This document shows, in pieces, positions 1-8,512 of a stretch of 26,225 bases of DNA (its first letter is position 1; each line of letters starts with the position of its first letter). The DNA is from Chlamydiota bacterium (lineage in GTDB: Bacteria; Chlamydiota; Chlamydiia; Chlamydiales; SM23-39). A program made the translations under genes and the position numbers. Where the stretch lies: assembly GCA_038534095.1 (NCBI GenBank), contig JBCAXK010000021.1:1-26225 (forward strand), in the 5' to 3' direction. Under the pieces are notes generated by a model that worked only from the letters and a program-made list of their open reading frames with translations, was not told the origin of the DNA and made no database searches.

Positions 1-726
1 ATGGAAGAATTATTTGCTCGAGATAGTTTTGCGTACACTCTTTTAGGTTCAAAGCCGGTATCTTGGGTTTGTTACCACTCTCCGGTTGGTTTTATGGAAT
101 CCCTATATTCTTTTTTCTTCTTCAAAGACCGTTGTACCACTATCTATCTTGGTTGGAAAGCGTGGGAAAAACATCGTCACTTGTTTCCTAAAAGTTTATT
201 CATTTCTGAGTTCCAGCCGAGGCATCCTGGGGAAAAATCTATTCTTCTCATCAATCAAGAAATGTTCAATAAGGTCATTCAAGACCATCGGAAAGATTTT
301 GAAGAGGTATTACAAAGAGAAGTGGTCGGTGGAGACCAGCTTTTAGAGGAAACGACCACACAAAATCTTATGGGGGATCTCTTGCAGAGCCATCAGGCTC
401 TTTTGGGGATTGTTCTTGGTTACGGAAGAGACAACTCTTGGAAATTTTTGGAAAAAAGTGCACAAAGGGAGCCTTTGGGTTGGGTGTGGACGGAAGAAGA
501 ATATTGGAAAGAAGGGGAGCAAACGTGGCAATACTCCTCTTCTACCGAACGCTCCTTAACTCTCTATTCCTGCCCCTCCTTTGCAGGGATTCCTGATTCT
601 TCAGAGTCTATTGCGCTAAAACAGGATTATACGAAAACTAGAGAGAAGGTGCTAAAGTATTACCGAGGCAAAGATTTTTTAGAAGCAACGCTTAGCTTGC
701 TAGCAGGATTTCGTCCTGAAGAGTGA
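1..726 (+). CDS. Hypothetical protein; may be N-terminally truncated by the window edge
   Basis: 241-aa ORF with globular composition (FAYTLLGSKPVS, GWKAWEK, LLGIVLGYGRDNS). It resembles uncharacterised proteins I associate with environmental chlamydiae, but no function is recognisable. Its ATG is base 1, so the true start may lie upstream. Confidence 0.7.
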   Translation: MEELFARDSFAYTLLGSKPVSWVCYHSPVGFMESLYSFFFFKDRCTTIYLGWKAWEKHRHLFPKSLFISEFQPRHPGEKSILLINQEMFNKVIQDHRKDFEEVLQREVVGGDQLLEETTTQNLMGDLLQSHQALLGIVLGYGRDNSWKFLEKSAQREPLGWVWTEEEYWKEGEQTWQYSSSTERSLTLYSCPSFAGIPDSSESIALKQDYTKTREKVLKYYRGKDFLEATLSLLAGFRPEE

Positions 727-1293
727 TCTCCTACTCTGTTCCTAGGAAGAGAGCACTTCTTAAGGTCCGTCCAGTGTCTCTACTTTCGGTTTTTAGCAGG
801 CGATAACAACAGATCTTGGATAGTGAGCTTCGATGATAGAAAAGCGCTCTTTTAGAAAGGTGTTTATCGGAAAATGTAGAACAAGGGTTTTTCTGTAGGC
901 ACCATTTTTCTGACGAGGCATACAACCTTTCTATTCTGACTTCGTTTTGTAAAATGTTTTTCAGAGATTGGATGGTACTTCGTAGAAAATTCTTTCTTCA
1001 TAGCAAAAAATTTTTCTTGTTCTTGCCAAAGACTTTCTTGTACAGTTTTTTATTTCTCCCCATTGTAAATGGACAAAGAAAAAAGGATCCCCCATACAAT
1101 TTTTTATAGGATCAAGTGGAGCTTACTTCTTAAAAAGTTCTGAAAAATCGAGTATGGAAAATAAGAGGATACAAAGTTCTTGCGCAAGCGCTCTTTTTTT
1201 CAGCGTTGATGGCGCACAAAAATGAGAGAAAGAGACTTGCTACTTCGTAGCATCTCTTATACAAAGGGTAGCATACAAATAGGATCTAGAACG

Positions 1294-2658
1294 ATGTCTG
1301 CAGAGTTATTAAACATAAGAGGTGGTAAGCCTTTAAAAGGCCACTTAAAAGCAAGCGGCGCAAAAAATGCCACGACAAAGCTTCTTGTCGCCTCGTTGAT
1401 TTCTCATCAAAAAGCAGTATTTAAAAATGTTCCAAATATTGGAGACGTTTCGATTACGGTGAATCTTTGTCAAGAAATTGGGAGTGAAATTGCTTGGGAT
1501 CAAGAAGCGGGCGTGATTGAAATCCAGACCAAAGAACTGCGAACTACGTACGTGCCTCAGCGATTTTCAGGAGCAAATCGCATCCCTATTTTGATGTTAG
1601 GGGCTCTTTTAGGTCGAACAGATCATGATGTGATTGTGCCTACTCTTGGGGGGGACGCGCTTGGAAAACGGCCTGTTGACTATCATATTGCAGCGCTAGA
1701 GCTTTTGGGAGCAAAGATTGAGTACCGAGAAATGAAACAGGAAGGCGCCTACTTTGCAAGAGCGCATCAAGGTCTTACAGGAACGGTGATCAAGTTTGCG
1801 TATCCTTCAGTAGGCGCGACGGAAAACGCACTGTTTGCTGCGGCAAAAGCGCGGGGGACGACCATTATTCAAAACGCAGCTTTAGAACCAGAAGTCTTGG
1901 ATATTATTCTATTTTTGCAAAAAATGGGAGTCAGCATATCTCTCCTGAAAGATCGTACGATCAAGGTAGAAGAAACCAAGCAGTTTTATCCGGCAGAACA
2001 CACCATCATGCCCGATCGCAATGAAATTGTCTCTTACGCTCTTGCCGCAGTAGCGACCCAAGGGAACGTGTTTATTGAAGGAGCAAGGCAGCATATGCTT
2101 CTTTCTTTTCTCAATCCACTTCGTCAAATCGGAGGGGGATACTCGATTGAGGAAAATGGGATTTCCTTTTTTTATGAGAGAGCGCTTCGGGGGAACTTGC
2201 ATATTGAAACCGATGTCCATCCAGGATTCATGACCGATTGGCAGCAACCTTTTTGTGTAGTGCTCACTCAGGTGGAAGGGATTTCGATCATCCATGAAAC
2301 GGTGTATGAGCAGAGGTTTGGTTATACGAAAATTCTACGAGAAATGGGAGCAGATATTCATCTTTTCTCCCATTGTTTAGGGGGAGGAGCTTGTAGATTT
2401 TCGTTAGGGCAGCACTTGCATAGCGCGGTCATCCGAGGAAAAACAGTCCTGCAAGGGAAAAAGATTGCCATTCCCGATCTTCGGGCGGGCTTTGCCTACA
2501 TCATGGCCGCTCTGATTGCGAAAGACTCCTCCTCGATTACAAATGTTCACTACTTAGATCGGGGGTACGCCGATATTGAAAAGAATTTAGCAAATTTAGG
2601 GGCAGATATAGAACGGGTCTCTTCAGAAGAAAAAGTCGCTGAGCCTACAGCGGTATAA
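1294..2658 (+). CDS. murA: UDP-N-acetylglucosamine 1-carboxyvinyltransferase
   Basis: Motifs GGKPLKG, SGAKNA, GGDALGKRPVDYH, PSVGATEN, HPGFMTDWQ, ETVYEQRF, PDLRAG, YLDRGY. Start moved from 1222 to the ATG at 1294 (MSAELLNIRGG), which has AGGA upstream. Confidence 0.97.
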   Translation: MSAELLNIRGGKPLKGHLKASGAKNATTKLLVASLISHQKAVFKNVPNIGDVSITVNLCQEIGSEIAWDQEAGVIEIQTKELRTTYVPQRFSGANRIPILMLGALLGRTDHDVIVPTLGGDALGKRPVDYHIAALELLGAKIEYREMKQEGAYFARAHQGLTGTVIKFAYPSVGATENALFAAAKARGTTIIQNAALEPEVLDIILFLQKMGVSISLLKDRTIKVEETKQFYPAEHTIMPDRNEIVSYALAAVATQGNVFIEGARQHMLLSFLNPLRQIGGGYSIEENGISFFYERALRGNLHIETDVHPGFMTDWQQPFCVVLTQVEGISIIHETVYEQRFGYTKILREMGADIHLFSHCLGGGACRFSLGQHLHSAVIRGKTVLQGKKIAIPDLRAGFAYIMAALIAKDSSSITNVHYLDRGYADIEKNLANLGADIERVSSEEKVAEPTAV

Positions 2659-2667
2659 CGCCGTTTT

Positions 2668-2676
2668 TGCTATACT
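2668..2676 (+). promoter_or_regulatory. Putative extended -10 promoter (TG-c-TATACT) for epmB
   Basis: TGCTATACT lies 6 nt upstream of the ATG at 2683. No SD and no recognisable -35. Confidence 0.45.
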
Positions 2677-2682
2677 CTTTCT

Positions 2683-3645
2683 ATGCCTGTTTGGAAAGAC
2701 CTATTAAAAACCAATATCACTTCTTGGAAAGCGCTTTCTCAGTATTTAGAGTGGACCTCTGTCGACAAAGAGCAGCTGGTTGAGAAACCCTCGTTTCGTC
2801 TGAATATCCCCCGAAGGCTTGCGAGGAAAATGGGGAAAAACACCTTGGAAGATCCCTTATTGCTCCAGTTTATTCCTCTACAAACGAAAAAATCCTCTCT
2901 ACCAATCTCTTCAGATCCTTTACAGGAATTCCGGTTTCAAAAATGTCCTAGAATCTTGCACAAATACCGGGGACGAGCCCTTTTTGTGACCACCTCCGCT
3001 TGTGCGATGCATTGCCAGTACTGTTTTCGGCAGAATTTCCCCTACGAAAAAGATAAAGCTTCGTTAGAAGCTGCTTTTGGGTATATTGAAAAGACCACAT
3101 CTTTGCGTGAGATTATTTTGAGTGGGGGGGATCCCCTCTCGTTGGATGATCCGATGCTAGACTACATATTGACCCGCCTCTCTTCGATTCCTCATATAAA
3201 TAAACTCCGTTTTCACACTCGATTTCCGGTAGGTATTCCTGAGAGAATCACCCCTTCGTTTTTAACTCTTCTCAGAAAAACTGCTCCCCAAATTGTATTT
3301 GTTTTGCACATCAATCATCCAAAAGAGTGGGATGACGATTTAGCCACCTCTTTACGATCGATACAAAGACTGGGGATCCCAGTGCTTACGCAAACGGTTC
3401 TTTTGCGGAAGGTCAATGACAGCGCTCGTACTTTGCAGGATCTTTTCACCAAGGTGAGTGATCAGGGCATTTTGCCTTATTACCTACATCAGCTCGATCT
3501 TGTAAAAGGGAGCGAATTTTTGCATGTTCCTAAAGAAGAAGGGCTTCTTATTATGGAAGAGCTCAGAAACGCTCTCCCCGGCTACGCTGTGCCTAGGTAC
3601 GCGCAGGAGATTCCAGGAAAGCAAGCGAAGACGCTACTCTTTTGA
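2683..3645 (+). CDS. epmB: KamA-family radical SAM protein, EF-P beta-lysylation lysine 2,3-aminomutase
   Basis: CAMHCQYCFRQNFPY (CxxxCxxC), ILHKYRGRAL, ILSGGDPL, RFHTRFP, HINHPKE, QTVLLRKVND, PYYLHQLD, LPGYAVPRY. The 320-aa length fits the short EpmB type rather than the longer clostridial KamA. Confidence 0.9.
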   Translation: MPVWKDLLKTNITSWKALSQYLEWTSVDKEQLVEKPSFRLNIPRRLARKMGKNTLEDPLLLQFIPLQTKKSSLPISSDPLQEFRFQKCPRILHKYRGRALFVTTSACAMHCQYCFRQNFPYEKDKASLEAAFGYIEKTTSLREIILSGGDPLSLDDPMLDYILTRLSSIPHINKLRFHTRFPVGIPERITPSFLTLLRKTAPQIVFVLHINHPKEWDDDLATSLRSIQRLGIPVLTQTVLLRKVNDSARTLQDLFTKVSDQGILPYYLHQLDLVKGSEFLHVPKEEGLLIMEELRNALPGYAVPRYAQEIPGKQAKTLLF

Positions 3646-3654
3646 TCGAAGAAA

Positions 3655-4083
3655 TCACGAAGACTCTTTTTGTAGAAGGTGCCATCCAACGGCCCCTAAC
3701 GGAGCAGATAGTAGGAAGTAGATGAGCCACATCTTTGCATCAAAACGGAGACAGAGCTGCCCCGCATCTGAGAATAAGACAAGAAGAAGGCTTAAAACAA
3801 AGAGCCAGCTTGCCATCGATAGGAGAAGGAGGGGAAGAAAGGAGATCCCTTCTTGGTCCCGTTCCTCTTCTCCAGAAGAGAGAAGGGTGCTCTCTTCAGA
3901 GGGGTACAAAGAGGCGATCGACTCTTTTTCTGACAAGGTCTTCACACCTTCATCTTTCCGATCTTCCTCTTGGGTAGGAACCGCCTCTAGTAGATCCGTT
4001 CCACAAAAAGGACAAAAGATCACGTCAAAATCTACTTCTCCTTCACAAGTTTGGCAGAGTTTTTGCCGTTTTTTTGTGCTCAT
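3655..4083 (-). CDS. Zinc-ribbon membrane protein (likely homologue of the chlamydial hypothetical next to lpdA, CT556-like)
   Basis: CQTC..CPFCG zinc ribbon, acidic linker and two C-terminal hydrophobic helices. Start moved to the ATG at 4083 (MSTKKRQKLC), preceded by the SD-like GAGAAGGA. Divergent from lpdA-lipA. Confidence 0.8.
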   Translation of the reverse strand: MSTKKRQKLCQTCEGEVDFDVIFCPFCGTDLLEAVPTQEEDRKDEGVKTLSEKESIASLYPSEESTLLSSGEEERDQEGISFLPLLLLSMASWLFVLSLLLVLFSDAGQLCLRFDAKMWLIYFLLSAPLGAVGWHLLQKESS

Positions 4084-4111
4084 TTTTTCCTTCTCACTAT
4101 GGATGAAAGTG

Positions 4112-4141
4112 TAGTATACCCGCCTTTTTTCCAAAAGCGAA
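4112..4141 (-). promoter_or_regulatory. Putative sigma66 promoter for the Zn-ribbon gene
   Basis: Minus strand reads (T)TCGCTT-N16-TATACT about 30 nt upstream of the ATG. Confidence 0.4.
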
Positions 4142-4196
4142 GTCGCAGAAAAACTCTCGGTAGGATAATATGAAATTGAATGAATCAATAGGAAAA

Positions 4197-5600
4197 ATGG
4201 ATAAGAAAGAGTATGACGTTGCTGTGATTGGAGCCGGGCCTGGGGGTTACACAGCAGCTATTAGAACAGCTCAGAGGGGCAAAAAAACGGTCCTGATTGA
4301 GAAAAAAAAGCTGGGAGGTGTCTGCCTAAATGTGGGGTGCATCCCGACAAAGGCCCTTGCTGCAGGAGCCGATCATTTTCGTAAACTGAAGCACTCCCGT
4401 AAATACGGCATTTCTGCCGACATGGCTTCCTTCGATTTCTCCGAAATGACAGCAAGAAAAGATCGAATTGTCGAAAAGATGGGCTCTTCCCTTCGGGGTC
4501 TTATCCAGACAAACGCGATAGAGATTCTCTCTGGAACAGCCTCTTTTGAATCTTCTAAAGAGCTCAAAGTCCTTGGAAACAATCCCTGCAGAGTCAAAGC
4601 CCAAAAGATCATCATTGCCACAGGATCTCAGCCTGCCGATATTTCTGCGTTTCCTGCTGATCACAAAAAAATCTTGAACTCTACTTCTGCTCTTAAGCTC
4701 ACCAAATTGCCCAAGTCGATGATCATCATCGGGGGAGGCTACATTGGCTGTGAGTTTGCTTCTATGTACCGTGAGATGGGAGTCGACATCACGATTGTAG
4801 AAGCAACCGAGCGCCTTTTGCCAGGGATCCCTCTGAATGTAGCCGAATCTCTTCGCGACTATTTTCTTAAGGAAAGGGTGGAGATTTTTTGCGAACGTTT
4901 TGTAGAAACCATCGATACAGAGGGTGAAGGCGTGTCTGTGCATTTACGTGATGGAGACACCCTAAAGGCTGACCTTGCCCTTGTTGCTGTAGGTCGCGCG
5001 ATTTCAACCGGTTCTCTTAAGCTAGAAAAGATTGGAGTCGTCACAGGTAGTCGTAGGGAAATTCTTGTCGATGACCAGATGCGAACGAGCGTACCTGGCA
5101 TTTACGCCATTGGAGATGTGACAGGGAAGGCTATGTTGGCTCACGTTGCGTCCCATCAGGCTCTTGTCGCTGCAGAACATATCGTTGGCAGAGACGTTTC
5201 GATGGAGTATCAAACCATTCCAGCTGTTGTCTATACCTACCCAGAAATCGGAGTTGTAGGTTTGGGTAAAGAGGAAGCTGTAGAAGCGGGCCATGAGGTA
5301 ATTACCGGAAAAATGCCCTTCATGGCGCTTGGGAAAGCGGCCGCAATTTCAGAGACGTACGGTTTCGCAGAAATCGTTGCAGACCGCACAACAGGAGAAA
5401 TTCTTGGAGCGCAAGCAATCGGTTACGATTCGGCAAACTTGATTGCTGAAATGGCCTTAGCCATGAAAAATGAGCTCACCCTCGCCTGCATTTATGAGAC
5501 GATCCACGCTCATCCAAGCTTTGGAGAAGTGTGGATGGAAGCGGCTCTTTTAGCAAGCGGCTATCCAGTGAATTTTCCACCTCCCAAAAAACGCGCATGA
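4197..5600 (+). CDS. lpdA: Dihydrolipoamide dehydrogenase (E3)
   Basis: FAD motif VIGAGPGGY, redox disulfide GGVCLNVGCIPTK, NAD motif IIGGGYIGCEFA, YAIGDV, IHAHPSFGE. Start likely the ATG at 4197 (ORF track 4170). Confidence 0.97.
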   Translation: MDKKEYDVAVIGAGPGGYTAAIRTAQRGKKTVLIEKKKLGGVCLNVGCIPTKALAAGADHFRKLKHSRKYGISADMASFDFSEMTARKDRIVEKMGSSLRGLIQTNAIEILSGTASFESSKELKVLGNNPCRVKAQKIIIATGSQPADISAFPADHKKILNSTSALKLTKLPKSMIIIGGGYIGCEFASMYREMGVDITIVEATERLLPGIPLNVAESLRDYFLKERVEIFCERFVETIDTEGEGVSVHLRDGDTLKADLALVAVGRAISTGSLKLEKIGVVTGSRREILVDDQMRTSVPGIYAIGDVTGKAMLAHVASHQALVAAEHIVGRDVSMEYQTIPAVVYTYPEIGVVGLGKEEAVEAGHEVITGKMPFMALGKAAAISETYGFAEIVADRTTGEILGAQAIGYDSANLIAEMALAMKNELTLACIYETIHAHPSFGEVWMEAALLASGYPVNFPPPKKRA

Positions 5601-6505
5601 ATACCAAAAATCCCCTCCATGTGATTGATCCCCCCAAAAAAGGGCGTTTCCCTAAATGGCTTCACCGGAGCCTTCCAAAAGGAGGGACCTTTTTTGAAAC
5701 GAGCAAGATTTTAGAAAAGTATCAGATGAACACTGTCTGTGAAGAGGCAAAATGCCCTAATCGCTTTTCTTGTTATGGAAAAAAAACAGCGACCTTTTTA
5801 GCCCTTGGTAAATCGTGCACACGAAGCTGCGCTTTTTGTGATATCGATTTTGCAAAAAACCCCGCTCCGATTAGAGACGATGAGCCTTACAGGATCGCTC
5901 AGTCGGTGAAAGAGCTTGGCCTTCGTCATGTTGTGATCACCATGGTTGCAAGAGATGATTTAGCAGATGGGGGAGCAAGAGCTCTTGTCAAGATCGTACA
6001 AGAGGTGCGCAAAGCAGAGCCGGGTGTGACGATTGAGCTTCTCACATCCGATTTTTCTGGCAATCGGGAAGCCCTTCTCGAAGTACTTCGCGTCAAACCA
6101 GAAATTTTCAATCACAATATTGAAACAGTGGCTAGGCTCTCTCCTAAAATTCGGCATAAAGCAAGTTACCGTAGAAGCCTCGAGCTTCTCGAAGAGGCAA
6201 AAAATGCTCATCTGGCAACATTTGTCAAGTCGGGTCTTATGGTCGGTTTGGGAGAAGAAAAGGAAGAGGTCTATGGAGCCCTTCGGGATTTAAAACAGGT
6301 GGGCGTAGATCTAGTAACTATTGGGCAGTATCTTCAAGCAAGTAAAAAGAAAATTCGGGTGAAAGAGTTTGTTCCGCCCTCTACATTTGATGCGTATAAA
6401 GAGTATGCTGATCGCCTTGGATTTCTCCATGTTTATTCAGCTCCCTTTGTTCGATCAAGCCTGAACGCAGAAAAAGTGCATGCGCTCATCTCCTCAATGA
6501 AGTAA
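5597..6505 (+). CDS. lipA: Lipoyl synthase
   Basis: CEEAKCPNRFSC auxiliary cluster motif, CTRSCAFC radical SAM motif, FNHNIETV, KSGLMVGLGE, TIGQYLQ, PFVRSS. ATGA overlap with the lpdA stop supports a start at 5597. Confidence 0.97.
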   Translation: MNTKNPLHVIDPPKKGRFPKWLHRSLPKGGTFFETSKILEKYQMNTVCEEAKCPNRFSCYGKKTATFLALGKSCTRSCAFCDIDFAKNPAPIRDDEPYRIAQSVKELGLRHVVITMVARDDLADGGARALVKIVQEVRKAEPGVTIELLTSDFSGNREALLEVLRVKPEIFNHNIETVARLSPKIRHKASYRRSLELLEEAKNAHLATFVKSGLMVGLGEEKEEVYGALRDLKQVGVDLVTIGQYLQASKKKIRVKEFVPPSTFDAYKEYADRLGFLHVYSAPFVRSSLNAEKVHALISSMK

Positions 6506-6566
6506 AATTTTTTATTGATTGTATTTTCTGATATCCCCTAAAGTACTTCCTTATTTTGGTTGAATT

Positions 6567-8477
6567 ATGATATCTGCTGCTCCGTCAAGACCTGCTACCC
6601 CTTCACCGACGTTTTACCGTGTATGGGGTCCTGCTTACATCACGTTTACCGGTGTTACAATGCCGAAATATTTGGAACAAATCTTTGTTTTGATCAATCG
6701 TTTTTTTTATATTTTACTTCCCTATCTTTGTAAATCGTATACTCTCTCGAATCATCTCAATCAGAAATGCAACGTACTTACGGCTACTGAAGACAAAAAC
6801 GAACCCAAATTCCACATTCGAGAGACGATTTTATATTCTCTTTTATCAGTTATCACGTTCTTCATTGTTCCTATTTTGTTCTACACGATACAACAGGTAT
6901 ATCTCTGGAAATGCCCCTGTTTTTGTCAAAAAACATTGAAAACAAAGCTTGGAACTACTACTGCTAACTCTTCTGATGACTTGCCTCCAGAAGTTGATCG
7001 CGCAACTACTAGGAAAAGCGGTGATAGTAACGACATGGAAACCGAGGAATCAGAATCATCAGAGGAAAGTGGGCGCTCTCCGAAGCTGCCGCTTGAAGGT
7101 TCTCAAATAACCCATAAAGGGGTAGACAGAGAGAAGGAAGCATTACGAGAACAAAATCGTAGCTTAATACGGGGACTACGAATTCAGACAGACTATGCCG
7201 ATGATTTAGATAAGAAATTTTCTGAATACAAACAGCATTCTGAAGATGCATTCGCGCGTCTTACAAGTCAAATCGCTACACTGAGTGGTGAAAAAGCGGC
7301 ATTAGAAACAGAGTTAAATAGACAAGAAGAGAAAAAACCTGATGGGAAATCAGAAGAGAAGGATGTTCCTTTAGAGGTACATGCTGATGATTCTGATGAT
7401 GCGGATGATGCGCTACTAAAAGAAGAAAGAAACTACCGAGCGGCAAGACAGTCGTTAAATCATGTTGAATCATTAAAGAGAGCCGATAGGCTCGTTGCAC
7501 AGCTCCAGAAAAGTTTAGATACGGAACAGAAAACAAACACAAGTCTTAGTAAAGAGAAAACGGCTCTCGAACGCAGGTTGGATGATCTTACAGATGAATA
7601 TCATGGCTTACAAAAGCACGTTCAGACTCTAAGCCAAGTAAGGGCTAAAAATGGGGAATTACTTTGCGTACTTGAAGAATTCAAAAATATCATAGACACC
7701 AAACCCGATTTAGCAGAAATCGCAAATAATCGCATGCTTCGTGTAAAAGAGTTCTTAGAAGGGGATGAAAAAATAAGATCCTCGTCACAATTGCGTAGAC
7801 ATAGGGACGATCGGGAAAAATCCCATTCTCCCGTATCTCCCAAGAGTCCTTTGCCTCGAGAGCGAGCGCTGTCAGATCTGGACAAATTACGGTTGATGCG
7901 GGACTATTTTTCTGAATTGGAGAAGACTCTAGGTAAAGATCCAACGTTGAAAGAAGCTGTAACAAAAGAGTTGACCTCTTTCACAATAGAAGAGAATGAA
8001 GGGTATGAGGAATGGACCCAAAAGATTCAGAAATTGCGCGAAATAGCCAAAAACCACTCTAAATTAAAAGAACTTTTAGATGAACATAACAAAGCTTTCT
8101 ATGGAAACAATGAAGGCGGCCCTGGAGGGGAAGGAAGTGACTCTGAAACAGTAGTACATTTGGGTCGTAATGCTGATAGTAGAGCAGAGACATTCTTAAC
8201 CGAAGAGGAGCCAGGCGAAGGAACTTTAGTCACTACAGGTAGTCGATTGCTTGGTGATTCAGAATCAGGTATGGTTTCAGTACCCGGCGAATCATTACTA
8301 CACTCAGGAATTATGTCGCGTGAGGTTAGTGATGACACGAAATCTGATGCTAATCCTTTTAACTCTAGACATCCTTTGTCATCACCGGAAAGCAAGCGTC
8401 GTAAAACGAGGCGATTGCTTTCATCAGGTAGTCTCGCTCCAATTAGCGAAGGGAAAAAACGTGAGGGGGAAAACTAG
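6567..8477 (+). CDS. Orphan membrane-anchored coiled-coil protein; candidate Inc / type III effector
   Basis: 636-aa ORF with S/T/P-rich N-terminus, two hydrophobic segments (about aa 39-55 and 88-114), long heptad-like E/K/L/R regions and Ser/Glu-rich low-complexity tails. No enzyme motif recognised. Confidence 0.8.
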   Translation: MISAAPSRPATPSPTFYRVWGPAYITFTGVTMPKYLEQIFVLINRFFYILLPYLCKSYTLSNHLNQKCNVLTATEDKNEPKFHIRETILYSLLSVITFFIVPILFYTIQQVYLWKCPCFCQKTLKTKLGTTTANSSDDLPPEVDRATTRKSGDSNDMETEESESSEESGRSPKLPLEGSQITHKGVDREKEALREQNRSLIRGLRIQTDYADDLDKKFSEYKQHSEDAFARLTSQIATLSGEKAALETELNRQEEKKPDGKSEEKDVPLEVHADDSDDADDALLKEERNYRAARQSLNHVESLKRADRLVAQLQKSLDTEQKTNTSLSKEKTALERRLDDLTDEYHGLQKHVQTLSQVRAKNGELLCVLEEFKNIIDTKPDLAEIANNRMLRVKEFLEGDEKIRSSSQLRRHRDDREKSHSPVSPKSPLPRERALSDLDKLRLMRDYFSELEKTLGKDPTLKEAVTKELTSFTIEENEGYEEWTQKIQKLREIAKNHSKLKELLDEHNKAFYGNNEGGPGGEGSDSETVVHLGRNADSRAETFLTEEEPGEGTLVTTGSRLLGDSESGMVSVPGESLLHSGIMSREVSDDTKSDANPFNSRHPLSSPESKRRKTRRLLSSGSLAPISEGKKREGEN

Positions 8478-8512
8478 GACTACAGCCATGCTCACGAACG
8501 TTGTCTAAAGAT

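Noticed and set aside
731..925. 64-aa minus-strand ORF and other short frames in the 727-1293 gap
   Set aside because: Non-ATG start, no SD, no recognisable motif.
4084..4188. Upstream extension of the Zn-ribbon ORF overlapping the lpdA ORF start
   Set aside because: SD and promoter-like signals point to the ATG at 4083; the extension covers the divergent promoter region.
6539..6566. TAAAGTAC..GTTGAA as a sigma28 promoter for the 636-aa orphan
   Set aside because: The -10 lacks the conserved CGA and would put the TSS at or past the ATG; TTGATT-N18-TAAAGT (sigma66-like) explains it equally well.
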